Notes: generated by a model not told the origin, from the sequence alone. Counted from the first letter of the stretch, positions 50,741 to 61,986 are shown. The stretch is DNA of 64,000 bases from an uncultured Pelagibacteraceae bacterium (GCA_902526115.1 CABZJV010000002.1:1271-65270); one strand, 5' to 3'. Made by a program: numbers and translations.

Positions 50741-52654
50741 ATGGAGCTTTCAATTATATTCCTTCCGTTGATCGCATCAATAATATCAGGTTTTTTTGGT
50801 AAATTTATTGGTGATAGAAATTCAGAAATAGTTACAAGTGTATTAGTTTCAATTTCAGCTTTATTATCTATTTTTGTTTTATATCAAGTAATTGCTAATC
50901 AATATGAAGAAAACATAGTGATTGCTACATGGATTAATTCAGGTTCACTAAATGTGAACTGGTCGATGTTAATAGATCCTTTATCAGCTGTAATGCTGGT
51001 TGTTGTTACTTCAATATCTTCTTTAGTTCATATTTATTCGATTGGTTATATGTCTCACGATCCTCATAAACCAAGATTTATGGCGTATTTATCCTTATTT
51101 ACTTTTGCAATGTTAATGCTTGTAACCTCAGATAATTTTGTTCAATTATTTTTTGGATGGGAAGGAGTAGGCCTATGTTCTTATTTTTTAATAGGTTTTT
51201 GGTTTAAAAAAGAAAGTGCTAATGCAGCAGCAATAAAAGCATTTGTTGTAAATAGAGTAGGAGATTTTGGTTTTGCTTTAGGAATTTTCTTAATATTTTA
51301 TTTATTTGGTACAGTAAATTATTCTGAAGTATTTCAACAAATACCAACGGTTATTGATAAAAAATTATTATTTTTAGGATTTGAGATAAAATCAATAGAT
51401 TTGATTTGCTTACTTTTATTTGTTGGTGCGATGGGAAAGTCTGCTCAAATTTTATTACACACTTGGTTACCAGATGCAATGGAAGGGCCAACACCAGTAT
51501 CAGCATTAATACACGCTGCTACTATGGTAACTGCAGGTGTATTTCTAGTCGTGAGGTGTTCACCTATTTATGAATACTCACCGTTGATACTAAATTTAAT
51601 AACTATTGTTGGTATGACAACAGCCTTCTTTGCAGCAACAGTAGCTTTAGTTCAAACTGATATAAAAAAAATTATAGCATATTCTACATGCAGCCAATTA
51701 GGATATATGTTTTTTGCAGCTGGGGTTGGTGCGTACAATGTTGCAATGTTTCATTTATTTACTCATGCTTTTTTCAAAGCTTTACTTTTTTTAGGATCCG
51801 GATCTGTCATTCATGCTTTTAAAGATGAGCAAGATATTAATAAAATGGGCGGTGTTTGGAAAAAATTGCCTTACACCTACGCTTTAATGATAATTGGGAC
51901 ACTAGCATTAACTGGTTTCCCTTTCTTGTCTGGTTTTTACTCAAAAGATGCAATTATAGAATTTGCCTATCTTAAGGGTAATACAACCGGTTATTACGCA
52001 GCTGGTATAGGGATATTAACAGCACTTTTAACATCAATATATTCTTGGAGATTAATATTTAAGACTTTTCATGGAGAATATAACAATAAAGAAATCAAAA
52101 TAGAGGAAACTCATGAATCCCCAATCGTAATGCTTGTTCCTTTATTTATTCTTTCCATAGGTTCAATTTTTGCAGGTATTTTATTTAAAGGACTTTTTAT
52201 TGGTAGTGGAGGCGAAAATTACTTTTGGGCAGACTCTATAATGTTTTTAGAACCTTTAAGCACTGATCATCCACCTACATGGTTTTTACTTTTAACGCCT
52301 TGCTTAGTAATAATATCAATTCCTATTGCCTATTATCTATTTGTTAAAAATAAAGAAATTCCAAGTGGAATAGTATCACTGAATAAACCTTTATATAAGT
52401 TTTTAGTTAATAAATGGTACTTCGATGAATTGTATGAAGTTTTATTTATTAAATCATCAAAACTTTTAGGTTTATTTTTGTGGAAATTTTTTGATGGCAC
52501 AATAATTGATGGATTTGGCCCAGATGGAATATCATCTTTTATAAAAAAATGCTCAATCAAAGCAAATAAATTTCAAAGTGGATTTATTTATCAATATGCA
52601 TTCGTAATGCTTGTAGGTTTTTCTGCTTTTTTAACTTTTTTAATTGTTAGATAA
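50741..52654 (+). CDS. nuoL: NADH-quinone oxidoreductase subunit L
   Basis: WLPDAMEGPTPVSALIHAATMVTAG, HAFFKALLFL. Confidence 0.98.
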   Translation: MELSIIFLPLIASIISGFFGKFIGDRNSEIVTSVLVSISALLSIFVLYQVIANQYEENIVIATWINSGSLNVNWSMLIDPLSAVMLVVVTSISSLVHIYSIGYMSHDPHKPRFMAYLSLFTFAMLMLVTSDNFVQLFFGWEGVGLCSYFLIGFWFKKESANAAAIKAFVVNRVGDFGFALGIFLIFYLFGTVNYSEVFQQIPTVIDKKLLFLGFEIKSIDLICLLLFVGAMGKSAQILLHTWLPDAMEGPTPVSALIHAATMVTAGVFLVVRCSPIYEYSPLILNLITIVGMTTAFFAATVALVQTDIKKIIAYSTCSQLGYMFFAAGVGAYNVAMFHLFTHAFFKALLFLGSGSVIHAFKDEQDINKMGGVWKKLPYTYALMIIGTLALTGFPFLSGFYSKDAIIEFAYLKGNTTGYYAAGIGILTALLTSIYSWRLIFKTFHGEYNNKEIKIEETHESPIVMLVPLFILSIGSIFAGILFKGLFIGSGGENYFWADSIMFLEPLSTDHPPTWFLLLTPCLVIISIPIAYYLFVKNKEIPSGIVSLNKPLYKFLVNKWYFDELYEVLFIKSSKLLGLFLWKFFDGTIIDGFGPDGISSFIKKCSIKANKFQSGFIYQYAFVMLVGFSAFLTFLIVR

Positions 52655-54135
52655 TGAATTTTCCCATCCTCTCATCTTTAATATTATTACCGATTGTTGG
52701 AGCGCTTTTTTTATTTTTTACTAAAGGTAAAGACGGAGATAATTTAACAGCAAAATATGTAGCTTTATTCACAACAATAGTAAATTTTTTAATTTCAATC
52801 TATCTATGGATATCTTTTGATCCTTCAACATCTGCATTTCAATTTGTAGAGGAAAGAATTTGGATAAAAGATTTTATTAATTATAAAGTTGGAGTAGATG
52901 GAATTTCAATTTTATTTATTTTATTAACAACTTTTATAACACCTCTATGTATTGTTTCTGTAAATAACACTGTTAAGAATAGATTAAGAGATTTTTTAAT
53001 AGCAATATTAATTATGGAAAGTTTCATGATCGGGGTTTTCTGTGCTCTTGATTTAGTTGTTTTTTACCTGTTCTTTGAAGCAGGATTAATCCCAATGTTT
53101 TTAATAATAGGTATTTGGGGAGGTCCAAAAAGAGTTTATTCAGCATTCAAATTTTTTCTATACACATTGCTAGGATCTGTTTTGATGTTGGTTGCAATAA
53201 TTTCTATTTACTGGATATCCGGGACTACAGATGTCATGAAACTTTACGAGCTAGGTATTGATGCTAAATATCAAAATCTTTTATGGCTTGCTTTTTTTAG
53301 CTCTTTTGCTGTTAAAACGCCAATGTGGCCAGTTCACACATGGTTACCGGATGCGCATGTAGAAGCTCCAACTGCAGGATCTGTTCTTTTAGCAGCAATA
53401 TTACTTAAAATGGCTGGCTATGGTTTTATAAGATTTTCTCTTGGACTTTTTCCTGTTGCTTCGGAAGTTTTTACACCTTTAGTTTACACTTTGAGCGTAA
53501 TAGCTATTATTTTCACTTCTTTAATAGCCTTGATGCAAGAGGATATGAAAAAGCTAATTGCTTATTCATCGGTTGCACACATGGGCTTTGTTACTTTAGG
53601 AATTTTTACATTACAACAACAAGGCATTGAAGGCAGTATAATTCAGATGCTAAGTCATGGGCTTGTTTCTGCTGCTCTTTTTTTATGCGTTGGTGTTGTG
53701 TATGATAGAATGCATTCAAGATTAATTAAATCATATGGTGGTATAGTCACAATAATACCAAAGTATTCCATTTTATTTATGTTATTTACATTAGCGGCCC
53801 TTGGTTTACCAGGAACATTTGGATTTATTGGAGAATTTTTAATTTTAATGGGAGCTTTCAAAGATAATTTTTTAGTAGCAGTTATAGCAAGCTTTGGAGT
53901 AATTTTAGGTGCTGCATATATGCTGTGGCTTTATAAAAGAGTTGTTTTTGGAAAATTAGTTAATGAAGATTTAAAACAAATGGTAGATTTAAATAGATCC
54001 GAGTATTTAATATTAACATGTTTAGCAGTTCCAACATTATTTTTTGGATTTTATCCTGAGCCACTATTCAACACAATTGAAGTTTCTGTTTCAGATTTAA
54101 TAAATATGCATAATTTAAATATAGCGATCAAGTAG
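52654..54135 (+). CDS. nuoM: NADH-quinone oxidoreductase subunit M
   Basis: HTWLPDAHVEAPTAGS, IAYSSVAHMG. Confidence 0.98.
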   Translation: MNFPILSSLILLPIVGALFLFFTKGKDGDNLTAKYVALFTTIVNFLISIYLWISFDPSTSAFQFVEERIWIKDFINYKVGVDGISILFILLTTFITPLCIVSVNNTVKNRLRDFLIAILIMESFMIGVFCALDLVVFYLFFEAGLIPMFLIIGIWGGPKRVYSAFKFFLYTLLGSVLMLVAIISIYWISGTTDVMKLYELGIDAKYQNLLWLAFFSSFAVKTPMWPVHTWLPDAHVEAPTAGSVLLAAILLKMAGYGFIRFSLGLFPVASEVFTPLVYTLSVIAIIFTSLIALMQEDMKKLIAYSSVAHMGFVTLGIFTLQQQGIEGSIIQMLSHGLVSAALFLCVGVVYDRMHSRLIKSYGGIVTIIPKYSILFMLFTLAALGLPGTFGFIGEFLILMGAFKDNFLVAVIASFGVILGAAYMLWLYKRVVFGKLVNEDLKQMVDLNRSEYLILTCLAVPTLFFGFYPEPLFNTIEVSVSDLINMHNLNIAIK

Positions 54136-54136
54136 T

Positions 54137-55555
54137 ATGTACAATCTTAATTTAGTATTACCTGAAATATTTGTCTCTTTATCTATAATGTTCTTATTAA
54201 TTCTAGGTGTTTTTAAAAAGAATAGTTCACAACTAACTTTTAATCTTTCTTTACTTACATTTTTAATTGCAACAATTTTTACTATCAATGAAACTTTCTC
54301 AGTGGAAAGAATTACTTTATTCAATGAAAGTGTTGTTATTGATCATATGGCCTCACTTATGAAAATTATTACACTTATTGGAGGTTTTTTGGTTTTAGTG
54401 ATTTCGTCAAGCTATCTCAAAACATTAAAAATTTTTAAAATTGAATATCCTATACTGATATTAAGCTCTGTATTGGGAATGATGATTATGATTAGTTCCA
54501 ATGATTTAATGGTTTTTTACATGGGACTTGAATTGCAATCTCTCGCTCTGTATGTTTTGGCAACTTTTAATAGAGATCAATTAAAATCATCTGAAGCTGG
54601 ATTAAAATATTTTGTTCTAAGTGCTTTATCTTCAGGTTTATTGTTGTACGGTTGCTCTTTAATTTATGGATTTTCTGGATCAACAAATTTTGATGTAATA
54701 GCAAATCAGCTTGACTCAAATGAATATGCTCTAACTTTTGGAATAGTTTTTATATTAGTTGGTTTGGCATTTAAAATTTCTGCAGTTCCATTTCATATGT
54801 GGGCACCCGACGTTTATGAAGGATCTCCAACAACTGTAACGCTTTTCTTTACAATGGTGCCTAAAATTGCAGCACTCACAGTCTTTATAAGATTTTTATA
54901 TATTCCTTTTTTAAATTTATTAGATCAATGGCAAATGATCATTGTCTTCCTCTCAATCGCTTCTATGATTTTTGGAGCAATTGCTGCAATAGGTCAAACA
55001 AACATCAAAAGGCTTATAGCTTATAGCTCAATTGGACATATCGGATATACATTAGCTGGTTTAGCCACAGGATCAAACGATGGGATTCAGAGTTCAATAA
55101 TTTATATTTCTATATATGTGATAATGAACCTAGCTTTGTTTTCATGCTTGTTGATGTTAAAAAGAAAAGATCAATATTATGAGAGCTTAGATGATCTTTC
55201 AGGTCTATCAAAAAACCATCCATTACTATCGTTGTCATTACTTATAATATTATTTTCACTCGCAGGTATTCCACCGTTAGCAGGGTTTTTTGCAAAATTT
55301 TATGTTTTTAAAGCTGTAATTGAACAATCTATGTATTTTTTAGCTATTGTAGGATTACTTTCAACAGTGATAGCTGCCTTTTATTATCTAAGAATTATTA
55401 AAATAATTTATTTTGATAAAGAAAAAGAAAAATATGACACCGATCATAGTATGTGGTTAAAATTTTCATTAACCATTTCAACAGTATTAATTTTACTGTA
55501 CTTCATATTCCCAAGCCAAATAATTGAGTTAGTTTCAAGGATTAATATTATTTAA
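54137..55555 (+). CDS. nuoN: NADH-quinone oxidoreductase subunit N
   Basis: SEAGLKYF, FKISAVPFHMWAPDVYEG, SLAGIPP. Confidence 0.97.
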   Translation: MYNLNLVLPEIFVSLSIMFLLILGVFKKNSSQLTFNLSLLTFLIATIFTINETFSVERITLFNESVVIDHMASLMKIITLIGGFLVLVISSSYLKTLKIFKIEYPILILSSVLGMMIMISSNDLMVFYMGLELQSLALYVLATFNRDQLKSSEAGLKYFVLSALSSGLLLYGCSLIYGFSGSTNFDVIANQLDSNEYALTFGIVFILVGLAFKISAVPFHMWAPDVYEGSPTTVTLFFTMVPKIAALTVFIRFLYIPFLNLLDQWQMIIVFLSIASMIFGAIAAIGQTNIKRLIAYSSIGHIGYTLAGLATGSNDGIQSSIIYISIYVIMNLALFSCLLMLKRKDQYYESLDDLSGLSKNHPLLSLSLLIILFSLAGIPPLAGFFAKFYVFKAVIEQSMYFLAIVGLLSTVIAAFYYLRIIKIIYFDKEKEKYDTDHSMWLKFSLTISTVLILLYFIFPSQIIELVSRINII

Positions 55556-56100
55556 TGAAATTTAAAATATTTAAATTTAAAAAAGTTAAAAGTACAAATA
55601 ATACTGCAATGAGGATTATTCAAAATACTGAGTGTAAATACGGTATGATAATTTCAGATTCACAAATTAATGGCAGAGGGCAATATGGTAAAAAATGGAT
55701 TTCATATAAAGGAAATTTGTTTGTCTCTTTTTTTCAAGAATTAAACAAAATTAAATTATCAATTTCTACTCTCACAAATTTAAATTGTTTATTAGTAAAA
55801 AAATTAATTTCAAAATATACAAAAAAAAAGATTTACTTTAAAAAACCAAATGATCTATTAATCGAAAAGAAAAAAGTTTGTGGAATTCTTCAAGAAATAA
55901 TTTATAAATCAAACAAAAAATATCTTATTACAGGTATAGGTATCAATATTAATAAAAGCCCTGATATCAAAAATTATCCAACAACTAATTTAAATGAAAT
56001 AGCCAATAAACATATTAGAACTAATGAAGTAGAGAATTTATTGAGAAAGATTTTTGAAAATAATTTGCTAAAAATTTATAGAATTAAAGGAAATAATTAA
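55555..56100 (+). CDS. birA: Biotin--protein ligase (short, catalytic domain only)
   Basis: STN, Q..GRGQYGKKW, KKPNDL, KKVCGIL, GIGINI; conserved position after nuoN. Confidence 0.85.
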   Translation: MKFKIFKFKKVKSTNNTAMRIIQNTECKYGMIISDSQINGRGQYGKKWISYKGNLFVSFFQELNKIKLSISTLTNLNCLLVKKLISKYTKKKIYFKKPNDLLIEKKKVCGILQEIIYKSNKKYLITGIGININKSPDIKNYPTTNLNEIANKHIRTNEVENLLRKIFENNLLKIYRIKGNN

Positions 56101-56846
56101 TGTATATTTTAGGTGATATTGGGAATACTGAAACAAAGGTTTGTATAGTCTCAAAAAATAATAAAATTATAAAAAAAATATATTTCCCATCAAAGGAAGT
56201 TACATATAATAAATTAAATCAAATATTTAATAAAAATAAATTCAAATTTAAAGATATTGAAAAAATTTTATTTTGCAGTGTTGTTCCTAAAAGTTTTAAT
56301 TTGATTAAAAAATTTTTTGCAAAAAAAACAAATATAAGGTGTTATGAAGTAAAAAATTTAAATTTAAAATCATTAATTAAAGTAAAGGTTGATTATAAAC
56401 AAGTAGGCTCTGACAGAATAACAAATGCTATAAGCGTAATGGATCAAAAAAATAATTTTATTATTTTAGATTTTGGCACTGCCACAACATTTGATGTTTT
56501 GGTTAAAAACGTTTATTATGGAGGAATTATTGCACCAGGTGTTAAATTATCACTTAACACTTTGTCTGATAAAGCAACTCTAATTCCACAAATTGATCTA
56601 AAAAAAATAAACAAAGTAGTTGGAAATAGTACAATCACAGCAGTTAGATCTGGTTTTTTTTGGGGATATGCTGGTTTAATTGACAATATTATTAATTTAA
56701 TTAAGAAAGAGACAAGAAAAACTTTTAAAGTAAATATTACTGGAGGATTTTCTAGTTTATTTAAGGATTCAATAAAAACGAAAGTTATTCATAATCAAGA
56801 TATAACATTTAAAGGTCTAATTAAAATTTCAAGGTTAATTAAATGA
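56100..56846 (+). CDS. coaX: Type III pantothenate kinase
   Basis: DIGNT, GSDR, DFGTATTFD, GGIIAPG, TGG. Confidence 0.93.
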   Translation: MYILGDIGNTETKVCIVSKNNKIIKKIYFPSKEVTYNKLNQIFNKNKFKFKDIEKILFCSVVPKSFNLIKKFFAKKTNIRCYEVKNLNLKSLIKVKVDYKQVGSDRITNAISVMDQKNNFIILDFGTATTFDVLVKNVYYGGIIAPGVKLSLNTLSDKATLIPQIDLKKINKVVGNSTITAVRSGFFWGYAGLIDNIINLIKKETRKTFKVNITGGFSSLFKDSIKTKVIHNQDITFKGLIKISRLIK

Positions 56847-56847
56847 T

Positions 56848-58506
56848 ATGAAAGATGAATTATTATTTTGTCCATTAGGTGGGTCAGGTGAGATAGGAAT
56901 GAATATGAACTTGTTTGGTTACGGCCAGCCAAGTAACCATAAATGGATAATGGTAGATATTGGTGTTACTTTTGCAGACGATACTATTCCAGGTGTTGAT
57001 TTAATTTATCCTGATCCAGGGTTTATAGTTGAAAGAAAGGATAATTTACTTGGTATAGTTTTAACCCACGCACATGAGGATCATATTGGAGCAATTGCTC
57101 ACCTATGGCCTAAATTAAAATGTAAAATTTTTGCAACTCCTTTTACAGCATTATTGATCAGAGAAAAATTTAACGAAAAACAAATAGATATAAATAATGA
57201 TTTGCAGATTGTTGAATTGAATGGAACAGTAAACTTAGAACCATTCGAAATTGAGTACATCACATTAACCCATTCTATATTGGAACCAAATGGGCTAAGA
57301 ATTAAAACACCTGCTGGAGTCATTTTGCATACTGGAGATTGGAAAGTAGATCCTAATCCTTTAATAGGTGAGAATATCAATGACAAAAGACTTAAGGAAA
57401 TCGGTAATGAGGGTGTACTTGCAATGATATGCGACTCCACAAATGTTTTCAGTGCCGGTAGATCAGGGTCTGAACTTGATGTTAGAAAAAGTATGTTAAA
57501 TGTTATGTCTAGATTAAAAAAGAGAATTATAATTACATCTTTTGCTTCAAATGTAGCAAGAATGGAAACAGCATTTTATTGTGCTGAACAAATAGGAAGA
57601 CAGATTTCTCTTGTTGGCAGATCAATGCATCGAATTTATAAAGCTGCTCGACAATGTGGTTATCTAAAAAATACAATTGAGCCAATCGATCCACGTGAAG
57701 CTAAAAATTTTTCTAGAGAAAAAATAGTTTATTTATGCACCGGAAGCCAAGGTGAACCTATGGGAGCAATGATGAGAATTTCAAGTTATGTTCATCCAGA
57801 TGTTTATATTGAACAGGGAGATGCAGTAATATTTTCTTCTAAAATTATTCCTGGAAATGAAAAAAAACTCTATAAGCTTCACAATCAATTAGTCAAAGAT
57901 GGTATAGAAGTAATTTCAGAAGAGACCGATTTCGTTCATGTCTCAGGACATCCTAATAGAGAAGATCTTAAGGATATGTATCAGTGGGTAAAACCAAAAT
58001 GTGTTATTCCGGTACACGGTGAGCACAGACATATGATTGAGCATATCAGTTTTGCAAAGGAGATGCAGGTACCTCACCCAGTTCAGGTTGAAAATGGTGA
58101 TATTGTTAAGCTTTATCCTGGTGAAAAACCTGAGGTGTATGATAAGGCTCCAAGCGGAAAATTATACCTTGATGGTAATGTGAGTGTAGATCCAGACGCG
58201 CAATCTATAAAAGACAGGAAAAATCTAGGTGCAAACGGTTATTTAGAGGTCACTTTAATAATTACATCAAAAGGAAGTATTCATAGTAATCCTGTTTTAT
58301 CTTTTCGAGGCTTGCCTATTGATGATAAAGATGAGTTTGTTTATGGTTTAGAATACGAAATAGAAAAAACTTCAAGAACTTTTAAAATTGAAAGTAGACA
58401 ACAAGAGCATAATCTCATTGATGCCTTAAAAATTGTTTGTAGAAAATTTTCAAAAGAAAAAACTGGAAAAAAACCTTTCACCAATATTAACTTAGTTAGA
58501 ATTTAA
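56848..58506 (+). CDS. rnj: Ribonuclease J
   Basis: PLGGSGEIGMN, THAHEDHIG, HTGDWK, HVSGH, PVHGE. Confidence 0.96.
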   Translation: MKDELLFCPLGGSGEIGMNMNLFGYGQPSNHKWIMVDIGVTFADDTIPGVDLIYPDPGFIVERKDNLLGIVLTHAHEDHIGAIAHLWPKLKCKIFATPFTALLIREKFNEKQIDINNDLQIVELNGTVNLEPFEIEYITLTHSILEPNGLRIKTPAGVILHTGDWKVDPNPLIGENINDKRLKEIGNEGVLAMICDSTNVFSAGRSGSELDVRKSMLNVMSRLKKRIIITSFASNVARMETAFYCAEQIGRQISLVGRSMHRIYKAARQCGYLKNTIEPIDPREAKNFSREKIVYLCTGSQGEPMGAMMRISSYVHPDVYIEQGDAVIFSSKIIPGNEKKLYKLHNQLVKDGIEVISEETDFVHVSGHPNREDLKDMYQWVKPKCVIPVHGEHRHMIEHISFAKEMQVPHPVQVENGDIVKLYPGEKPEVYDKAPSGKLYLDGNVSVDPDAQSIKDRKNLGANGYLEVTLIITSKGSIHSNPVLSFRGLPIDDKDEFVYGLEYEIEKTSRTFKIESRQQEHNLIDALKIVCRKFSKEKTGKKPFTNINLVRI

Positions 58507-58751
58507 TGAGTGGAACAGGTTTAGCTATAATTTATGTAATAATTTGGTGGATCATTTTTTTTGCAATTCTTCCTATAGATGTGAATAGAATAAAAACAGT
58601 TAAAATTGATGGAGAAGATCCTGGATCTCCAGAAAATCCTAAAATGATTAAAAAATTCCTATATTGTACAGGAATAACTACTGTTATTTTTGCAATAATT
58701 TACTTATTAATTAAATTTGAATATTTAAATTTAAGAAATATGATCACTTAA
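58506..58751 (+). CDS. DUF1467 family membrane protein
   Basis: IIWWIIFFAILP, GSPENP; conserved position before proS. Confidence 0.82.
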   Translation: MSGTGLAIIYVIIWWIIFFAILPIDVNRIKTVKIDGEDPGSPENPKMIKKFLYCTGITTVIFAIIYLLIKFEYLNLRNMIT

Positions 58752-58752
58752 A

Positions 58753-60087
58753 ATGTTATTATCAAAATCATTTGTACCTATTTTAAAAAATAATCCATCA
58801 GAAGCAAAAATTAAATCTCATCAACTAATGTTGAGAGTAGGGATGATTAAGCAAGCCTCAGCTGGAATTTATTCTTGGTTGCCTTTAGGTTTTAAAGTCA
58901 TGAAAAAAATTGAAGATATTGTCAGACAAGAACAAAATAAAATAGGAGCGCAAGAAATCTTGATGCCTACTATTCAATCAAGTGACATTTGGAAAGAAAG
59001 CGGTCGATATGAGGATTACGGTGAAGAAATGCTTAGAATAAAAGATCGTCAAAATCGTGAGATGCTCTATGGACCTACTAACGAAGAACAGATCACAGAA
59101 ATATTTAGATCTTCCTTAAAATCTTATAAATCACTCCCACAACTTCTTTATCATATCCAATGGAAATTTAGAGACGAAATAAGACCAAGATTTGGAATTA
59201 TGAGAGGAAGAGAATTTTATATGAAAGATGCTTATTCTTTTGATGTATCTGACGAACAGGCATTTTACTCATATAATAAATTTTTTTTATCTTACCTCAG
59301 AACTTTTAAACGATTAGAACTGACCGCAATCCCAATGGCAGCTGATACAGGACCAATAGGGGGAAATTTATCGCACGAATTTGTTATATTAGCAGACACA
59401 GGTGAAAGTAAAATTTTTACTGATAAAAGAATTTTTGATTTAAATAGTAATGATACTGAATTAGAGAAGAATTCTTTGCAACTAATGAGAAAAAAATATG
59501 AAAATTATTATTCTGTAACAGATGAAAAATTTAACAAGGAAGAGTTTGAAAAAGTTGTTTCTGAAAAAAATAGATTGATCACAAAGGGTATCGAAGTTGG
59601 TCATATTTTTTATTTTGGTGACAAATACTCAAAAGCGATGGGAGCTTCGGTTGATTTACCAGGTGGTAAAAAAGATTTTGTTAAAATGGGGTCATATGGA
59701 ATTGGTGTATCTAGGCTAGTTGGAGCTATTATAGAGGCTAAATACGATGATAAAAATGAGATCATGAAATGGCCATTGTCTGTTGCTCCTTATGATATTG
59801 CTTTGATACCAATGATAAATAAAAATGACACATCTGCCTTAGATAAAGCGATTACTATCTATAACGAGTTATCTAAAAATAATATTGATGCTTTAATTGA
59901 TGATACTGAGGAAAACTTTTCTTCAAAAATAAAAAAAATGAATTTAATTGGCGCTCCTTATCAAATAATTATTGGTAAAAAATCTGATGGCGATTTATTT
60001 GAGTTTAAAGAAATAGGGAAAGAAACAAAAAACCTATCTTTAATTAAAATTGTAGAAATTATTAAAAAACAAAAAATTTTAAATTGA
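58753..60087 (+). CDS. proS: Proline--tRNA ligase (short alphaproteobacterial type)
   Basis: GPTNEE, KFRDEIRPRFG, EFYMKDAY, IEVGHIF, GSYGIGVSR. Confidence 0.97.
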   Translation: MLLSKSFVPILKNNPSEAKIKSHQLMLRVGMIKQASAGIYSWLPLGFKVMKKIEDIVRQEQNKIGAQEILMPTIQSSDIWKESGRYEDYGEEMLRIKDRQNREMLYGPTNEEQITEIFRSSLKSYKSLPQLLYHIQWKFRDEIRPRFGIMRGREFYMKDAYSFDVSDEQAFYSYNKFFLSYLRTFKRLELTAIPMAADTGPIGGNLSHEFVILADTGESKIFTDKRIFDLNSNDTELEKNSLQLMRKKYENYYSVTDEKFNKEEFEKVVSEKNRLITKGIEVGHIFYFGDKYSKAMGASVDLPGGKKDFVKMGSYGIGVSRLVGAIIEAKYDDKNEIMKWPLSVAPYDIALIPMINKNDTSALDKAITIYNELSKNNIDALIDDTEENFSSKIKKMNLIGAPYQIIIGKKSDGDLFEFKEIGKETKNLSLIKIVEIIKKQKILN

Positions 60088-61316
60088 TTTCTAATTTAGA
60101 AAAAGAAATTACACTGAGGTTTTTAAAAGCTCGTAAAAATGATGGGTTTTTAAATGTGATATCTATTTTCTCATTTATCGGCATTAGCCTTGGTGTTGCT
60201 GTTCTAATAATTGTTATGTCGGTAATGAATGGGTTTAGAACTGAGCTAATCAAGAAAATAGTGGGATTTAACTCTCATTTGACTATCAAATCATATGACC
60301 AGCCTATTGATAAAAGTAAAACTGAAACAAAAAATTTAAAATCCATTTCCAAAAATATTATGTTTAGTAATTCTGGAGAGGCTATAATTTTAAAAAATAA
60401 AACCTCAAAAGGAATTGTTTTAAGAGGTTATTTGAGTAATGACTTTTCCAAATTAGATATAATTAAAAATAAAAATTTTAAAGGCAACAAACTTAATTTA
60501 GACAAAAATTCAATCTCTATTGGAAATGAACTTAGTTTTTCTCTAGATCTTAATATTGGAGATGAGATAACAATACTATCACCTTCTGGCGTAGAAACTA
60601 TAATTGGCAGTATGCCAAAGCAAAAAACATTTATAGTTTCATCTATATTTAACACTGGTTTAGCTGAATTTGATAACAATATTGTATTAATTAATTTATC
60701 TACACTCGAAGAATTTTTTGATTTTCAACAACAGCAAAGAAATTTAGAAATTTATTTAAAAAATCCAAAAAATATAGAAAAACAAAAATTTGAATTTCAA
60801 AAAGTTTTTGATCAAGAATTTGTTTATAGCTGGGCAGATATGAATAGTTCTCTCTTCTCAGCCTTAAAAGTAGAAAGAAATGTTATGTTTATTATTTTAT
60901 CTTTAATTATTATCGTTGCAGCTTTTAATATTATATCAGGTTTGACAATTTTAGTTAAAAATAAAACTAAAGACATTGCTATCTTAAAATCAATTGGGGT
61001 ATTAAACAAGTCAATCATAAAAATTTTCTTTTTAATAGGTATTATCATAGGGACCTCAGCAACTATTTTTGGAATTTTTTTAGGTGTTACGTTTTCATTA
61101 TATGTTGAAAATTTAAGACAATTTTTAAGTTCAACTTTTAACATTAGCCTATTTCCCGAAGAAATTTATTTCTTGAGCAAGATGCCCTCAGAAATTAATC
61201 CAAGCTCAATTTTAATAATATCAATTTGCTCGATATTTATAACAATTGTTGTCTCGATATTTCCTGCTTTAAAAGCTGCAAAACTTGACCCAATAAAAGC
61301 TTTAAAATATGAGTAA
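60084..61316 (+). CDS. lolE: Lipoprotein-releasing ABC transporter permease (LolC/E type)
   Basis: IGISLGVAVLIIVMSVMNGF, VAAFNII, AAKLDPIKALKYE. Confidence 0.92.
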   Translation: MISNLEKEITLRFLKARKNDGFLNVISIFSFIGISLGVAVLIIVMSVMNGFRTELIKKIVGFNSHLTIKSYDQPIDKSKTETKNLKSISKNIMFSNSGEAIILKNKTSKGIVLRGYLSNDFSKLDIIKNKNFKGNKLNLDKNSISIGNELSFSLDLNIGDEITILSPSGVETIIGSMPKQKTFIVSSIFNTGLAEFDNNIVLINLSTLEEFFDFQQQQRNLEIYLKNPKNIEKQKFEFQKVFDQEFVYSWADMNSSLFSALKVERNVMFIILSLIIIVAAFNIISGLTILVKNKTKDIAILKSIGVLNKSIIKIFFLIGIIIGTSATIFGIFLGVTFSLYVENLRQFLSSTFNISLFPEEIYFLSKMPSEINPSSILIISICSIFITIVVSIFPALKAAKLDPIKALKYE

Positions 61317-61986
61317 ATTTTTACAATTAAACAATATTTCAAAAACTTTTGAGACGAGTAAAAAGTTAAAAGTTATTAAAAATTTATCATTTATTTTTAA
61401 AAAAGGAAAAACCTACTCTCTAATGGGTCCTTCAGGTTCTGGTAAGTCTACTTTATTAAATATAATTTCCTTAATTGATCAACCTACAAACGGCTATATT
61501 AAATTTAATACACATCAAATTAATTATGAGAATAAGGAGGATAATGATCAATTTAGAGCAAAAAAAATTGGAATTGTTTATCAACAAAATAATTTGTTAC
61601 CTGACTTTACATCACTGGAAAATATTTATTTAGCGAGTTTATCAATTAACAATAATAAAGATTTAGCTATTTCAAAAGCAAAACAATTATTAAAGAAAGT
61701 TGGCTTATTTAGTAGAGCTGATCATTATCCTTCTCAATTATCTGGTGGAGAAGCTCAAAGGGTAGCTATTGCTAGAGCAATTATTAATGATCCAGAGATA
61801 ATTTTGGCTGATGAGCCAACTGGTAGTTTGGATATGAAAACAGCAAAAATAATATTTAATTTATTAAAAGATCAAAAAAGATCTGACAGATTAATTATAT
61901 TTGCAACTCATAATAGATTTTTTGGAAAAAAGGCAGATTGCCTATTGGAGATGAAGGATGGTATTATAAAGTCGTCCAATGGCTGA
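61309..61986 (+). CDS. lolD: Lipoprotein-releasing ABC transporter ATPase
   Basis: GPSGSGKST, LSGGEAQRVAIARA, ADEPTGSLD, ATH. Confidence 0.92.
   Translation: MSKFLQLNNISKTFETSKKLKVIKNLSFIFKKGKTYSLMGPSGSGKSTLLNIISLIDQPTNGYIKFNTHQINYENKEDNDQFRAKKIGIVYQQNNLLPDFTSLENIYLASLSINNNKDLAISKAKQLLKKVGLFSRADHYPSQLSGGEAQRVAIARAIINDPEIILADEPTGSLDMKTAKIIFNLLKDQKRSDRLIIFATHNRFFGKKADCLLEMKDGIIKSSNG

Noticed and set aside
58506-60087. No methylmalonyl-CoA epimerase between rnj and DUF1467; ProRS lacking the editing insertion
   Set aside because: Both fit ordinary lineage-level streamlining or known alphaproteobacterial ProRS architecture.
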